64,000 bases of DNA from Octopus vulgaris (GCA_951406725.2 OX597817.1:175770001-175834000); one strand, 5' to 3'; shown: positions 26,890-38,854, counted from the stretch's first letter. Made by a program: numbers and translations. Notes: a model not told the origin generated them from the letters alone.

Positions 26890-27609
26890 TTCTTTTGTTC
26901 TTGTACTTGTTTCAGTCTTCTGACCGCGGCCATGCTGGAACACCACCTTAAAGAGTTTTAGTCGAAGAAATCGACCCCAGGACTTATTCTTTGTAAACCT
27001 AGTACTTATTCTATCAGGCTCTCTTGCCGAACCGCTAAGTTACGATAACAAACATACCAGTATCAGCTGTCAAGCAATGGCGGGGGCACAAGTACAAAGA
27101 CACACACACACATGTATATATGTAAAATGTAACCACATGTAGATAGTTGGACATGTTTTTTTCTTCCATCTTCCTTTTCTCTTGGGCTATTCTCCATCTC
27201 CCGTTTCTCACAAACAGTTTTGCTTGAAACGTTAAACTACTTTTCATTCCTTCCCCGAGTACCTGCTAATACTTTGTGTGTACCACGTCTTCGCGTTGTT
27301 TTCTCTTGTGTTTTTCCTCGTTTTTTTTTTTTATTAACTATATATATAACAGAAAGAAGCCCTTTGTGTGTTTATATATATATGTGTGTGTGTGTGTGTG
27401 TTTGTCTGCCAACATCGGTTGTCAAGCGATGGTGGCGGACAAACACAGATGAACTTCTTTCAGTTTCTGTCTACCAAATCCACTCACAAAGATTTGGTCG
27501 GCCCAAGAAGTGTCGCAGAAGACACTTACCGAAAGTGCCAGGCAGAGGGACTGAACCCAGAACCATGTGGTTGGGAAGCAAGCTTCTTACCACACAGCCA
27601 CTCTTGCGC

Positions 27610-27610
<1 letters not shown>
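26890..27610 (-). mobile_element. CORE-like SINE interrupted at its internal microsatellite
   Basis: Tail at 26890-27110 and head at 27410-27610, separated by a ~250-bp pyrimidine-rich insert containing gcttgaaacgttaaac. Confidence 0.75.
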
Positions 27611-28409
<799 letters not shown>

Positions 28410-28829
28410 ACGTGACCGTAGCCAGTACCGCAACGACTGGCCTCCGTGCTGAGAGCACGTAACAAACACCATCCGAGCGTGGCCGTCCGCCAGCCTCGTC
28501 TGGCACCTGTGTCGGTGGCACATAAAAAACACCATCCGAGCATGGCCGTCTGCTAGCCTCGTCTGGCACCTGTGTCGGTGGCACATAAAAAACACCATCC
28601 GAGCATGGCCGTCTGCCAGCCTCGTCTGGCACCTGTGTCGGTGGCACATAAAATCACCCACTACACTCTCGGAGTGGTTGGCATTAGGAAGGGCATCCAG
28701 CTGTAGAAACACTGCCAGATCTGACTGGCCTGGTGCAGCCTTCGGGCTTGCCAGACCCCAGTTGAACCGTCCAACCCATGCTAGCATGGAAAGCGGACGT
28801 TAAACGATGATGATGATGATGATGATGAT
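28410..28829 (+). mobile_element. Non-autonomous RTE-like retroelement with 63-bp tandem 5' repeats and (GAT)n tail
   Basis: One divergent unit plus three near-identical 62-63-bp units, then ggagtggttggcattaggaagggcatccagc (RTE 5'-UTR-like) and tail gctagcatggaaagcggacgttaaac(gat)n. A nearly identical copy lies at 40926-41286. Confidence 0.8.
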
Positions 28830-29426
28830 ACATATACATATATATATACATATACATACATATACATATATATACATATACATATATATACATATACATA
28901 CATATACATACATATATATACATATACATATATATACATATACATATATATACATATACATACATATACATACATATATATACATATACATATATATACA
29001 TATATATACATATATATACATATACATATATATACATATATATACATATACATACATATACATACATATACATACATATACATATATATACATATACATA
29101 CATATACATATATATACATATACATATACATACATATATATACATATACATATATATACATATACATATACATACACATATATATACATATATATACATA
29201 TACATATATATACATATACATATATATACATATACATATATATACATATACATATATATACATATATATACATATACATATATATACATATACATATATA
29301 TACATATACATATATATACATATACATATATATACATATACATATATATACATATACATATATATACATATACATATATATACATACATATACATATATA
29401 TACATATACATATATATATATATATA
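28830..29426. repeat. (TACATA/TA)n compound microsatellite
   Basis: Directly visible. Confidence 0.97.
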
Positions 29427-29468
29427 TTTTAAAATTATAAGTATATGAAAGAATGGAGTTGAACGACT

Positions 29469-29788
29469 TCTATATTGGCGCAACCTCCTCTAAATTAGCC
29501 CAACGGATCTCCAACCATTATTCCACTTTCAGAGATAAGAGAAAGCAACACAACACGGGGCTAAGCAAATTACTCTGGCGTCTGAAGAACAATAACACTA
29601 CGTTCAAGCTCGAATGGTCCATTTTGTCGGTGTCCTTCCCGTTTGATAAAGGCAGAAAATGTTGTGGCATCTGTAATTCCGAACTTTTTCATATTTTGTT
29701 CGCCAAAGTCCCTTTAATAAATACAATCATCGAAAGATCCTACAGGTGTTTACACTGGGAAAGGCACACCTTTCACTCATATAAATAG
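29469..29788 (+). pseudogene. GIY-YIG endonuclease C-terminal fragment of a Penelope-like element
   Basis: [21 protein letters not shown]...TGLSKLLWRLK...LEWSIL...CGICNSE...INT..E...CLH: YIG, catalytic R and E, plus CxxC and CxH. The MELND start comes from the inverted repeat, so the ORF is truncated. Confidence 0.85.
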
Positions 29789-30342
29789 TGACTAATATAG
29801 ATAACCCCTCGATTTCCAAAAAAAATTTTTCCTATACTTCACCCCAATAATCAAAAAGATTTTCTTATATTCCCAATTACTATTATCCATTCTTGTGTTG
29901 CCTCTCACCTCGCCCGATTCTTTCTCCCTTTCGCTATCTACTTTCCTTTCTCTACAGTAAACATAATCGAACACACAGACACAGACCTTTCACCTCACAG
30001 CTGTCAGTTTTCTGACATCTACCCATCCACAAACACAATCACGCATTCAGACACACACATATACACATCAAGACAGTTATATACAGTCACACACACAGGC
30101 ACTCATTCACAAAAGAAATCATTTAAACCCACCATTCTTTTGACCTGCACTCTCTCACCTTACTATTCTTATGCCTCCCTCCTCCTACTTCGTTTGAACC
30201 CTTGAACCTTTAGAACCTTCTAGATTCTTTTACATTCAGCCACTCTGACGTCACTCCTTATAAAGAGACACTCATTATCGCCATGGGCTCCTTGAGAGCG
30301 GTCAGCTAAAAGTTTTTTGTGCATTTTGATGTCGACATAAGT

Positions 30343-30439
30343 TCCTTGATTTTCCTGATGAGATATCTGCATAATGTACTCCTTATTCCTTCAGAATTAG
30401 GAATATGCAGCCTTCGAAACATATGTCGAGAATAAAGGA
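30343..30439 (+). ncRNA. Type I hammerhead ribozyme (Penelope-associated, palindromic loop 3)
   Basis: Helix I tccttgattttc/gagaataaagga; CTGATGA at 30355-30361; stem II ctgcata/tatgcag; GAAA at 30416-30419; C-ATAT-G stem III; predicted GUC cleavage after 30427. Confidence 0.85.
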
Positions 30440-30640
30440 TATTTGTTAACTAGTCGTTCAACTCCATTCTTTCATATACTTATAATTTTAAAATAAACAT
30501 ACAAATTTCTGCATGAAGACATGTAGTCTATGCCCTATGGACGTAGCTTCAACCGTGTTCTTTCTGATGTGAATTTGCTACCCAGGTATCGGTTATCTTT
30601 CGAATTATCCTTAAGATAATTCATTTAATTACTCAAATAC

Positions 30641-30681
<41 letters not shown>

Positions 30682-30686
30682 TATAT

Positions 30687-30935
30687 AGGAAATTCTGTTT
30701 GTGGAGTTGTTAGCTAACGCCTCCTGCATCGTTTTAATCGATTTTGATGAAACTTGACACGTGAGTAGAACTCATGTCTGAAAGCGTCATGGCATACTCA
30801 TATTGTTGAAAAAAAATCCATAATAGGAACCCTGGAAGGGATCCTTATATATATCTAATATATTTCATTTTAGCGCCCAAGGAAAATAACCAATTCATTT
30901 TCCTAAAACATTTGATATAAATTGGCAAAAGTGTG
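30687..30935 (+). mobile_element. Non-autonomous Helitron-like repeat fragment (family shared with 46143-46850)
   Basis: Shares ataatagg..ccctggaag.gatccttatatat..ccaagg.aaataacc.attcattttcctaaa with 46170-46235 and carries a cgattttgatgaaacttg motif. Confidence 0.45.
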
Positions 30936-31169
30936 TTGTACCTGTAATTAAAAAAGTCAGCCTTATCACATTCTGTGCCACGCTGAATCTTCCTGAGAAC
31001 TCCATTAAGAGAATTACATGTCTGTGTAGTGCTCAGCCATTTGTACGTAATTTCACAAGGAAGCTGTTCCATTGATCGGGTCAACTGGAACCCTCGTCCG
31101 TGTAACCGATGGAGTACCACACCAGACTGGTAGAACTTATTTCGTTTAAAACACATATGTATGTATGTA

Positions 31170-31210
<41 letters not shown>

Positions 31211-32096
31211 GCGTGCGTGCATACATGTATGTATTCTTTTATTTTCGCTACCGAGTTTTCGGCAAATTACAATCTCTGCCGACTTCAGTAGTAACCCTAT
31301 CTGGATCATAAAATGAAACATCACCTACTTTCTTTCACGTATTGGGCATTTGTTATAATGGTGACCGCAGCCACATGTCAGTGCAGCTTAATTTCTATCG
31401 TTTTAACATTTTGGCATTTAAATTCTAATCACTACCTGTTAGTCTAACAACGGTCCTCAACCTTTTACTAATCCCACTATCTCACGTGCTTAACACATAA
31501 CATCAAAGGAAACTTTTGTATCTAAAGTCGGTTTTAAGAAACAATATCTATCACACTACACTCATCCTACTGAGCCTCCAAAACCCACAAGTTTCTTTCA
31601 CCTTGTTCTACCAGATCGCTTACAGTTACATAGATATATTGGTTTCAACTTTGTTACTAATTTCTTATGAAGAATGTATCTATCTATCAAGCGTGACGTC
31701 CCCTATGCCATGGAGTACAATTTCCCCCAAACTGTTTCCTCACTTAAGCTATTTCCGTAGCCTCATGAGCAATTTCAAATTTAAAGGAATTAAAAATTTT
31801 CTCAAACTTTCGGTCTTAACAGCTGGAATTTTTGCTATTTTCTTTCGCAATTTTCCGCAAGATTTCCATTTAATTCCAAAGTTTCCATTATATTACTATT
31901 CATTCATCCGTATTTATATCTCTGTATTGTTCACACGGTGTCATCTTTAAAATAAGACAGCAGCCTGCGATTTAGTATTTATACATTGATGACGTCCTAT
32001 ATAACACAGCCATAATAAATAGTTACCCATAAGGTTTACTATATCGAGCAGCCATCCTATGGTAACTCAAAGCAATGATTTTAATATCCAGTTTAA

Positions 32097-32312
32097 CCTT
32101 TTAGCATTCAAACCGGCCATATTAGGCCCAAATATTCTACCTGTTTTATGTTCAAATTGACCCGATCGGGCTTCTCATACCTACCCTACAATGTCATTCT
32201 AAAAAGAAACAATCACATCATTGAAATCTCAAGGCTATGAGATAATGTATGATAAATTCAAAACAATATGAATAAGTATTAAATTTGACAGAGAAGGCTA
32301 AACGCTAAAGGG
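32097..32312. mobile_element. piggyBac-like MITE
   Basis: TTAA-ccttttagcattca ... taaacgctaaaggg-(t)TTAA. Confidence 0.7.
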
Positions 32313-32390
32313 TTTAAGAAGCAACTAACTGGCACCCATTCAGTTTGGGGCAGAACAAAGCCCTTGGGCAATCTATATCTGTAGGACTAT

Positions 32391-32785
32391 TTTACTCTCT
32401 TACTTCTTTCAGTCATATGACTGTGGCCATGCTGGGGCATCGCCTTTAGTCGAGCAAATCGACCCCAGGACTTATTCCTTGGAAGCCTAGTACTTATTCT
32501 ATCGGTCTCTTTTGCCGAATCGCTAAGTTACAGAGACGTAAACACACCACCATTGCTGGGGGTACAAACACAGACACACAAACATATACACACACGTACG
32601 TATATATACATATACATATATACGACGGGCTTCTTTCAGTTTCCGTCTACCAAATCCACTCACAAGGCTTTGGTCGGCCAGAGACTATAGTAGAAGACAC
32701 TTGCCCAAGGTGCTACGCAGTGGGAATGAACCCGGAACCATGTGGTTGGTAAGCAAGCTACTTACCACACAGCCACTCCTGCGCC
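32391..32785 (-). mobile_element. Full-length CORE-like SINE
   Basis: Reverse complement of the 35340-35710 copy; head ggcgcaggagtggctgtgtggtaag. Confidence 0.9.
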
Positions 32786-33140
32786 TATAAAAAGGACTGA
32801 TAATAAAGCCAAAACAAATTGTGAAAATAAAGAACGAAACTTCAGTATTTTGAGTAAGCGAAACGAATATGCTTCTATAATTTGTCCCTTGATTGTATGT
32901 ATTAACTTTACACAAATCTTTAGTTTACAAACATATATTGTTACAGATTCTAGTAATTGCTATAAATTAACCATTGTTTTAGTTTGGGTGCAGCAAGAAA
33001 CCCGAGTAATATTCAGATGTTTCCAGAATATTAATTGAGGTTTGTCATTCATTGCGGTTTGAACACAACAGCTTTGTTTTGACTCACGCCTAGACTTAAT
33101 TCGTAAGAAAAGGAGTGGTAGGTATCTTTAACCGGTCTCC

Positions 33141-33221
33141 TATCAGTTTGGTAGGGTATATCATCATCATCATCATCATCATCGTTTAATGATGATGATG
33201 ATATACCCTACCAAACTGATA
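33141..33221. repeat. Inverted repeat centred on an RTE-type (GAT)n tail
   Basis: tatcagtttggtagggtata(tca)n tcgtttaa (tga)n tataccctaccaaactgata. Confidence 0.95.
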
Positions 33222-33669
33222 TATATATATATCTCAGCTTTTGAATCATGTAGTAATAATACATCGAGTGGCGAGAAACATATACATATCTGTTTCGCTT
33301 ACTCGGAATATCCAAGTCTATTTATGGAGTTTCCCTGGGGTGGGTTTCGTTATCAGATTCACGAGTCTATTTACTTAAACCCCAAGGATCACCAATTTTT
33401 GCAATATGATTGATGCAAGTTGCTTCATTTAGTAGGTGATGTGCTATATTTCTTTTGGTAGCCAAATATATTTTGGTAGGTTGCATTGTTCCTAGAATCA
33501 AATGTAATTGATTAAAATTTCAACGCTTTAAAAATACAAATAAACAAATACTTTGCTTTTATTTTATTTACAGTTTCTAAACTTTCCTTAAATTTCTTAA
33601 AAGTTTTCGACCGCTTTTTCTTATGCTAATGGAGATTGTTACTTTCTTCGGAAATGCAGAAAATTAAAA

Positions 33670-34041
33670 TCTCTATATATATAAACGGCAAAATGTGTGT
33701 GTGTGTGTGTGTGTGTCCTTTATACAAATCCACAATTTTTCAATTAGAGGGCTTGCACTTTCTATGGTCATTTAAAACCGTCCAAGGGTAGTCTTGCACA
33801 TCTTTACATTTCCCCAGTCCCCCCGCAAAGCCATTAAGAAGTCAATAGAAGTGACTTTTTTGTGAATTTTCTATCCAAAACCCAATTAAAATGACCGAAA
33901 CTTGGTACGCCAATTGAATGCCAGCTAGCTGTATGTGATTGGTCGGGGATTTGGACAGTACTTGCGTGTATGTGCGCACGCACGCAGCTGTATATGCATG
34001 CACTAGCACTAAGACCCGGCGTTGCCGGGTCATAGTGCTAG
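33670..34041 (+). mobile_element. Non-autonomous Helitron
   Basis: A|TC-tctatatatataaa 5' end; 3' hairpin gacccggc-gtt-gccgggtc followed by CTAG|T. Confidence 0.8.
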
Positions 34042-34344
34042 TATATTATAATTACTGAGAGATTAACTTTCATTAATGACATAAACCAGCAATCCCCAAC
34101 GTTTTTTTTATCTTTTTTAACCAGGAACCGATATCATGCAAGACGAGAAGACAATGCACTTAACAAAACACAACAAAATCATTACATATATAATGCAAAA
34201 AATATCTTGCAGACTACGGTAGTCAAGAACAGAAATAATTTCTTTTTTTAAGTTTATTTTCTATGCAAGCCATTGGTCAGGATTAGGGACCCTGATGCAA
34301 ACAACTGTCGTGGCTTCAGTATTTCAGTTGCATTTTCACAAACC

Positions 34345-34528
34345 AACTCGCCCGAGACCTAACATGGTCCTCTCATAGAAACTTCCCGTTTTAAATATGA
34401 TCTACCAAAATTACATACTAATTTATGTCCTAAGCACTAGCTTCATAAAGATAGAGTTATTTTACTAGGTTCTTCATTGTTCACAAAATTGGTGATACTT
34501 TTTAGCAGAAATATGGTAACAAAAGGGT
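34345..34528 (-). mobile_element. piggyBac-like MITE family copy (also 56804-57007 and 61640-61824)
   Basis: Three diverged copies share gaagaa(t/c)(t/c)tagtaaaataact and termini of the type aaccc(t/a)ttgttacc ... tatcaaaag(gg). Confidence 0.55.
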
Positions 34529-35339
34529 TGAGAGGTTTTCCCCCATTGCATATTAACTGGAAATAAGATTTTGAATCAATGATAAGTAAACAAATCGGCT
34601 TTAATTTCTTCGCAATATGAAACATCCGAGTTGAAAATCACAACAAAATGTAAATTAACATATTTCAGAATAGCTATCTTCGTCTTCTCTAAGAGAGTTA
34701 TTTCGTCTTTGAGATAGAGAGAGAAAGAGAGATTTCGTCTTCTCTGAGATACAGGAAAAGAGAGATTGACAAACAGTAATTAATATAAATTATTTACGAA
34801 GTCACTTCCACAAAAGGGTTAAGAGCAAATCAATGAAAAAAAAAACACGTTGCGTGTTTAAAAGAGGACTACCCAGAAAAACAGATGTTGCCGAAGTCGA
34901 ATGTCATAGAATCAATGTTATCTTAGAGACGGATCTATAGGAAAAAATTCACATGCATCACATGACAAGCTATACGATGACATATCAGATCCATAAACAA
35001 GAGCCATACACATAAAATAAAAATCATCCACATGCACAACGCTTTTTTAAGTTTGACATGTGTTAAGTTAAGCAAGAACATTATTATGAATGTTTATTTA
35101 TTGCAGTCCCACTCGTGTTTGTTTATCATGGGTGAGACTTCAATAAACACGTCTTGCAGCCTTTGAAACACAATGAAGGAGGAATAAGTAGTATATGTAG
35201 TTAAGCGGAGCTTAAGTAAACACCAAGTTGAACCAATTAGTTGATTCATTAGAAATATTTCTTTTTACATTTTTTAATCAACGTGTGTTTAAAGTACCGT
35301 GAAGAAAAAAAGCATTTAACGTTTTCCAAACGAAACATA

Positions 35340-35710
35340 GGCGCAGGAGTGGCTGTGTGGTAAGTAGCTTGCTTACCAACCACATGGTTCCGGGTTCAGC
35401 CCCACTGCGTGGCACCTTGGCCATGTTTCTTCTACTACAGCCTCGGGCTGACCAAAGCCTTGTGAGTGGATTTGGTAGACAGAAACTGAAAGAAGCCCGT
35501 CGTATATGTGTGTGTGTGTGTGTGTGTGTGTCCTCCCAACATCGCTTGACAACCAATACTGGTGTCTTTACCTCCCCGTAACTTAGCGGTTCAGCAAAAT
35601 AGACCGATAGAATAAGTACTAGGCTTACAGCGAATAAGTCCTGGGGCTGATTTGCTCAACTAAAGGCGGTGCTCCAGCATGGCCACAGTCAAAATGACAA
35701 ACAAATACAA
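35340..35710 (+). mobile_element. Full-length CORE-like SINE
   Basis: tRNA-like head with A box tggctgtgtgg and B box gggttcagcccc; internal (TG)n; tail ctccagcatggccacagtcaaaatgac. Confidence 0.9.
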
Positions 35711-37616
35711 GAAAAAATACCTCGTTTCTGTGCCCCTTGACACCCTAAACATAATTCTATTCATTAGTTTATGTATGTCTTCACTATTCATTGTCCAAGT
35801 GGGTTTCTTGCAAATGGTTAAAGCATCGGGAAATATCCTTCACGACGTTCGTTCCAGTTCTTTACGTTGCAATCCCGCAGACATCAACTTAGTCTTTCAT
35901 CTTGCCTCCGGGTTCAATAAAATAAAATGAAATAAAAATGCCATTCGTGTACCAAGACCCATCTCTTCAAAATTGTTAGCCTTGACCTAAATCAGAACTC
36001 TAATTCATATAATCATACAACCGTTATTAATTGCCATTATTTTTGCTGTATCTGATATTGTTTAGTCCTATGTTAGTCGTAACTAATGACTAAAGCCATT
36101 CCAATCTTGATCAGCTAGTCTTAAAAAAAAAAAACGCAAGATTAAAAAAAGAAAGGCATTCGATTTTTACTCCGAGTTGCCAAAACTCAAAACAATGTTC
36201 TGGTCCAAGCGAATATACAACTACAGACAGTGGAAGCCGTTTATTATAATCATGAATGATGCTGTTAACCAGTTATTATCAGCAGAATTGAAAGATGTGA
36301 AATTCTTTATTTGCTTAATATCATCAGCAAATGATTAATTACCATTGAAACACCATCATCACAGTGATCGCAATAAGCGGCTCCCCGCTGTTTCTTTAGC
36401 GAAATGTCACATGAGACAGAGAATGATTTGCTGTTGTTTAACCCTAGGTCAGCCCTCATCGAATAAACTTGTGAACAAATACATTCCAACCGTGACTGTG
36501 CATCCAGTACTACATTAATGTATCTTTTCATTAAGACACTAAGTGAGGGGAAAAGGTCGTCCAAAGGAAACTAAACTACTATTTCTAGCAAATTGAATGA
36601 CCACATAGGTCCCTTCATAAACTCAAAACCCTCCACGTAGTCGCCTCGCCCTAAATATTCCGATAATGAAAATCTCGTTTATTAGGGTTATGTATAAAAC
36701 TAAATTATCTAATATTCGCTTTATTTTATATGGTAGCGATTTGAAGGAGACTTGACTGATATTTCTAGGAGGTCGAGTGACTGCCAAAAAAAATAAATAA
36801 ATAAAAAGGAAAAAAAGAAAAGCTATTTTGCTAACATGTCAAATGGAACCCGTTTCTATATATGCCTCCCACTTAAATTCCCTAAGTTTTCAATTTAATT
36901 TTGTAACGGAAGTTTGACACAAAACTTCACATAACAAACAAAAAATAGTAATTTTTTTTCCGACATTGTCACTTCTCAAAAGAGAATGAGTTGAATAAAA
37001 AAAAATGTTTTTTTCTAATTCGTCAGCAGCAGCAACTCAATCGTTTTTTGTTTTGTTGTGTTCGGGTTTTTTCAGATTTCTTTTTAAATTTTTCCGAGCA
37101 ATGGATTTCAATCGAATTATTACTGAAAGCGGAAAGTCCGATCAATAAGGATCAATCAATAAATAGATTACTGATTGATTTCTTCTTTTCTAGCAACTGT
37201 TTTAGATAACATGTATCACGAGATCACTGAGGCCACCCTTCTCCCATTTCTTTGACTCATCACAAGTGAAGAGGTTGTTAAGAGAGTAAAAATTGCTAAG
37301 TCACATCGGTAGCTTTCCTTCAGTGATTCAAGTTCTTATTGAAGCGACATCATCGCAAGAAAATTTAGGAAGTAAATTTGTCAATGAAGCATTTTGTCAT
37401 CATCGGTAGTGTCATTAATCATCACCTGTAGCTCTGTTGGTCGGTGGGAGACGGATGAATAACCGGTTTAAATAATTTGAGAAGAGTAACTTGTACTGTT
37501 CGCCACTCCTTAGCTTTCTTCATGCCCACACAAAAAGTGGAACACAACACTGTAACCTTTATAGTTCTTCCACTGCACTGAACAGGTAACCTGCGATATC
37601 CGTTTACAGTTTATGT

Positions 37617-37936
37617 CAGGGGTTCTCAACTGTTTTTTATTTATGAACCCCTTTGACTATTTTATTCTAGGGGACCCCCATTGCCATTCGATGTTTAAAA
37701 ACTAGTTATAGAAATACTTGTTTCAAAATTCCTATTTTGCTTTTCACACATTAATTTGTGTAGGTTGAACTATGTAAAATGGTAGAGAAAAACAAAACCT
37801 AGCTGTTTCTTGCAGTACATATATCTAAAGCAAAATTGTTTCAGGGGCTCTTAAAATAGTATTTTGGATCCCTTATTTACTATTTTATTGCGTGGACCAC
37901 CAAAAATCTTATATGGACTCGGGTTGAGACCTGCTG
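37617..37936. mobile_element. hAT (Charlie-like) MITE with 8-bp TSD
   Basis: caggggttctcaac ... gggttgagacctgctg; TSD gtttatgt / gtttaggt. Confidence 0.8.
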
Positions 37937-38348
37937 GTTTAGGTGGACTGATCCAATGACAGTGAAGCGTCGTAGATACACGCATAAGGCAATATGGATG
38001 ACAGGGCCAAACCCAATAAACCTCAAAACTGATTAGCTGCTACACAATCCACAAGGACATCAACGGGTTCTAAAGGACAAAAACAAAAGCGTTTTCGGTC
38101 CTTGTGATAGGTAAAAGCAACAGCTTTCAGTCAAAGCATAAACTGACAAGAAGTATTAGAAAGGCAAATTTTAGCTGAGCGAACTTATAACAACGAGAAC
38201 TAAACTGTTTTACCCACAAAGGTATAATAAGCTTCCCAAAACGGAAAACAAACCAACGACTTAACGATCAAGATTCCTATGGTCTAACCACAAAGCTAGG
38301 CACCTACCAGAGCAAGTTAGGTTGTACAGTTTGACACAACATGGAGAG

Positions 38349-38643
38349 CGACAGCTGCGGGGTACGAGTGACTAACTATTGCAAAATGAACAAAAGTTAG
38401 TTAATAATGGAAGTAGTGGAATAAGATACAGTTTTGCAGACATAAACTAACATTCGCTCGAAATCATCATCATCATCATCATCATTTAGCGTGGAGAACG
38501 GACGCTAAATGATGATGATGATGATGATGATTTCGAGCGAATGTTAGTTTATGTCTGCAAAACTATCTTATTCCACTACTTCCATTATTAACTAACTTTT
38601 GTTCATTTTGCAATAGTTAGTCACTCGTACCCCGCAGCTGTCG
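38349..38643. repeat. Near-perfect 143-bp-arm palindrome with 9-nt loop centred on an RTE-type tail
   Basis: Arms 38349-38492 and 38502-38643 differ by a single 2-bp indel as read by eye; loop ggagaacgg. Confidence 0.97.
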
Positions 38644-38854
38644 GTGGGAAAAAAAAATAAAGAAAAGAAAAGTAAAAATGGCTGTAAGATAAGCAAGCAC
38701 ATATGTCAAATAGATCAGACAAGGAATAAATTGAGTTTAAGAAGAATTATTAACCTCATATTTCGTATTCCCGTCTCTTATTTTATACACTATGCTGCTT
38801 TTCAACCTAGTGAACCATGTATGTGTGGAAGTGAGTGTACAGACAAACATACAC

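Larger units (their letters stand above)
29425..30640 (+). mobile_element. 5'-truncated Penelope-like element (probably Naiad-type) inserted in (TA)n
   Basis: Contains a GIY-YIG ORF, a 3' region with a hammerhead, and a 44-bp inverted copy of the pseudo-LTR at the 5' junction (29425-29468 vs 30452-30495). TA tracts flank both sides. Confidence 0.85.

Noticed and set aside
28478-28520. Superficial similarity to HDV ribozyme (ggccg...ccagcctc...ctggc) and to pistol ribozyme (cacg-taaaaag...gcgt)
   Set aside because: No P1 partner or P1.1 can be formed for the HDV fold, and the loop is too small for the 6-bp pistol pseudoknot.
28467-28660. CRISPR-like or protein-repeat reading of the 63-bp tandem units
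   Set aside because: There are no unique spacers and no cas genes, the context is eukaryotic, and the units belong to a retroelement present several times.
31400-32090. 144-aa ORF or possible LINE relic
   Set aside because: No motif I can recognise on either strand; left unannotated.
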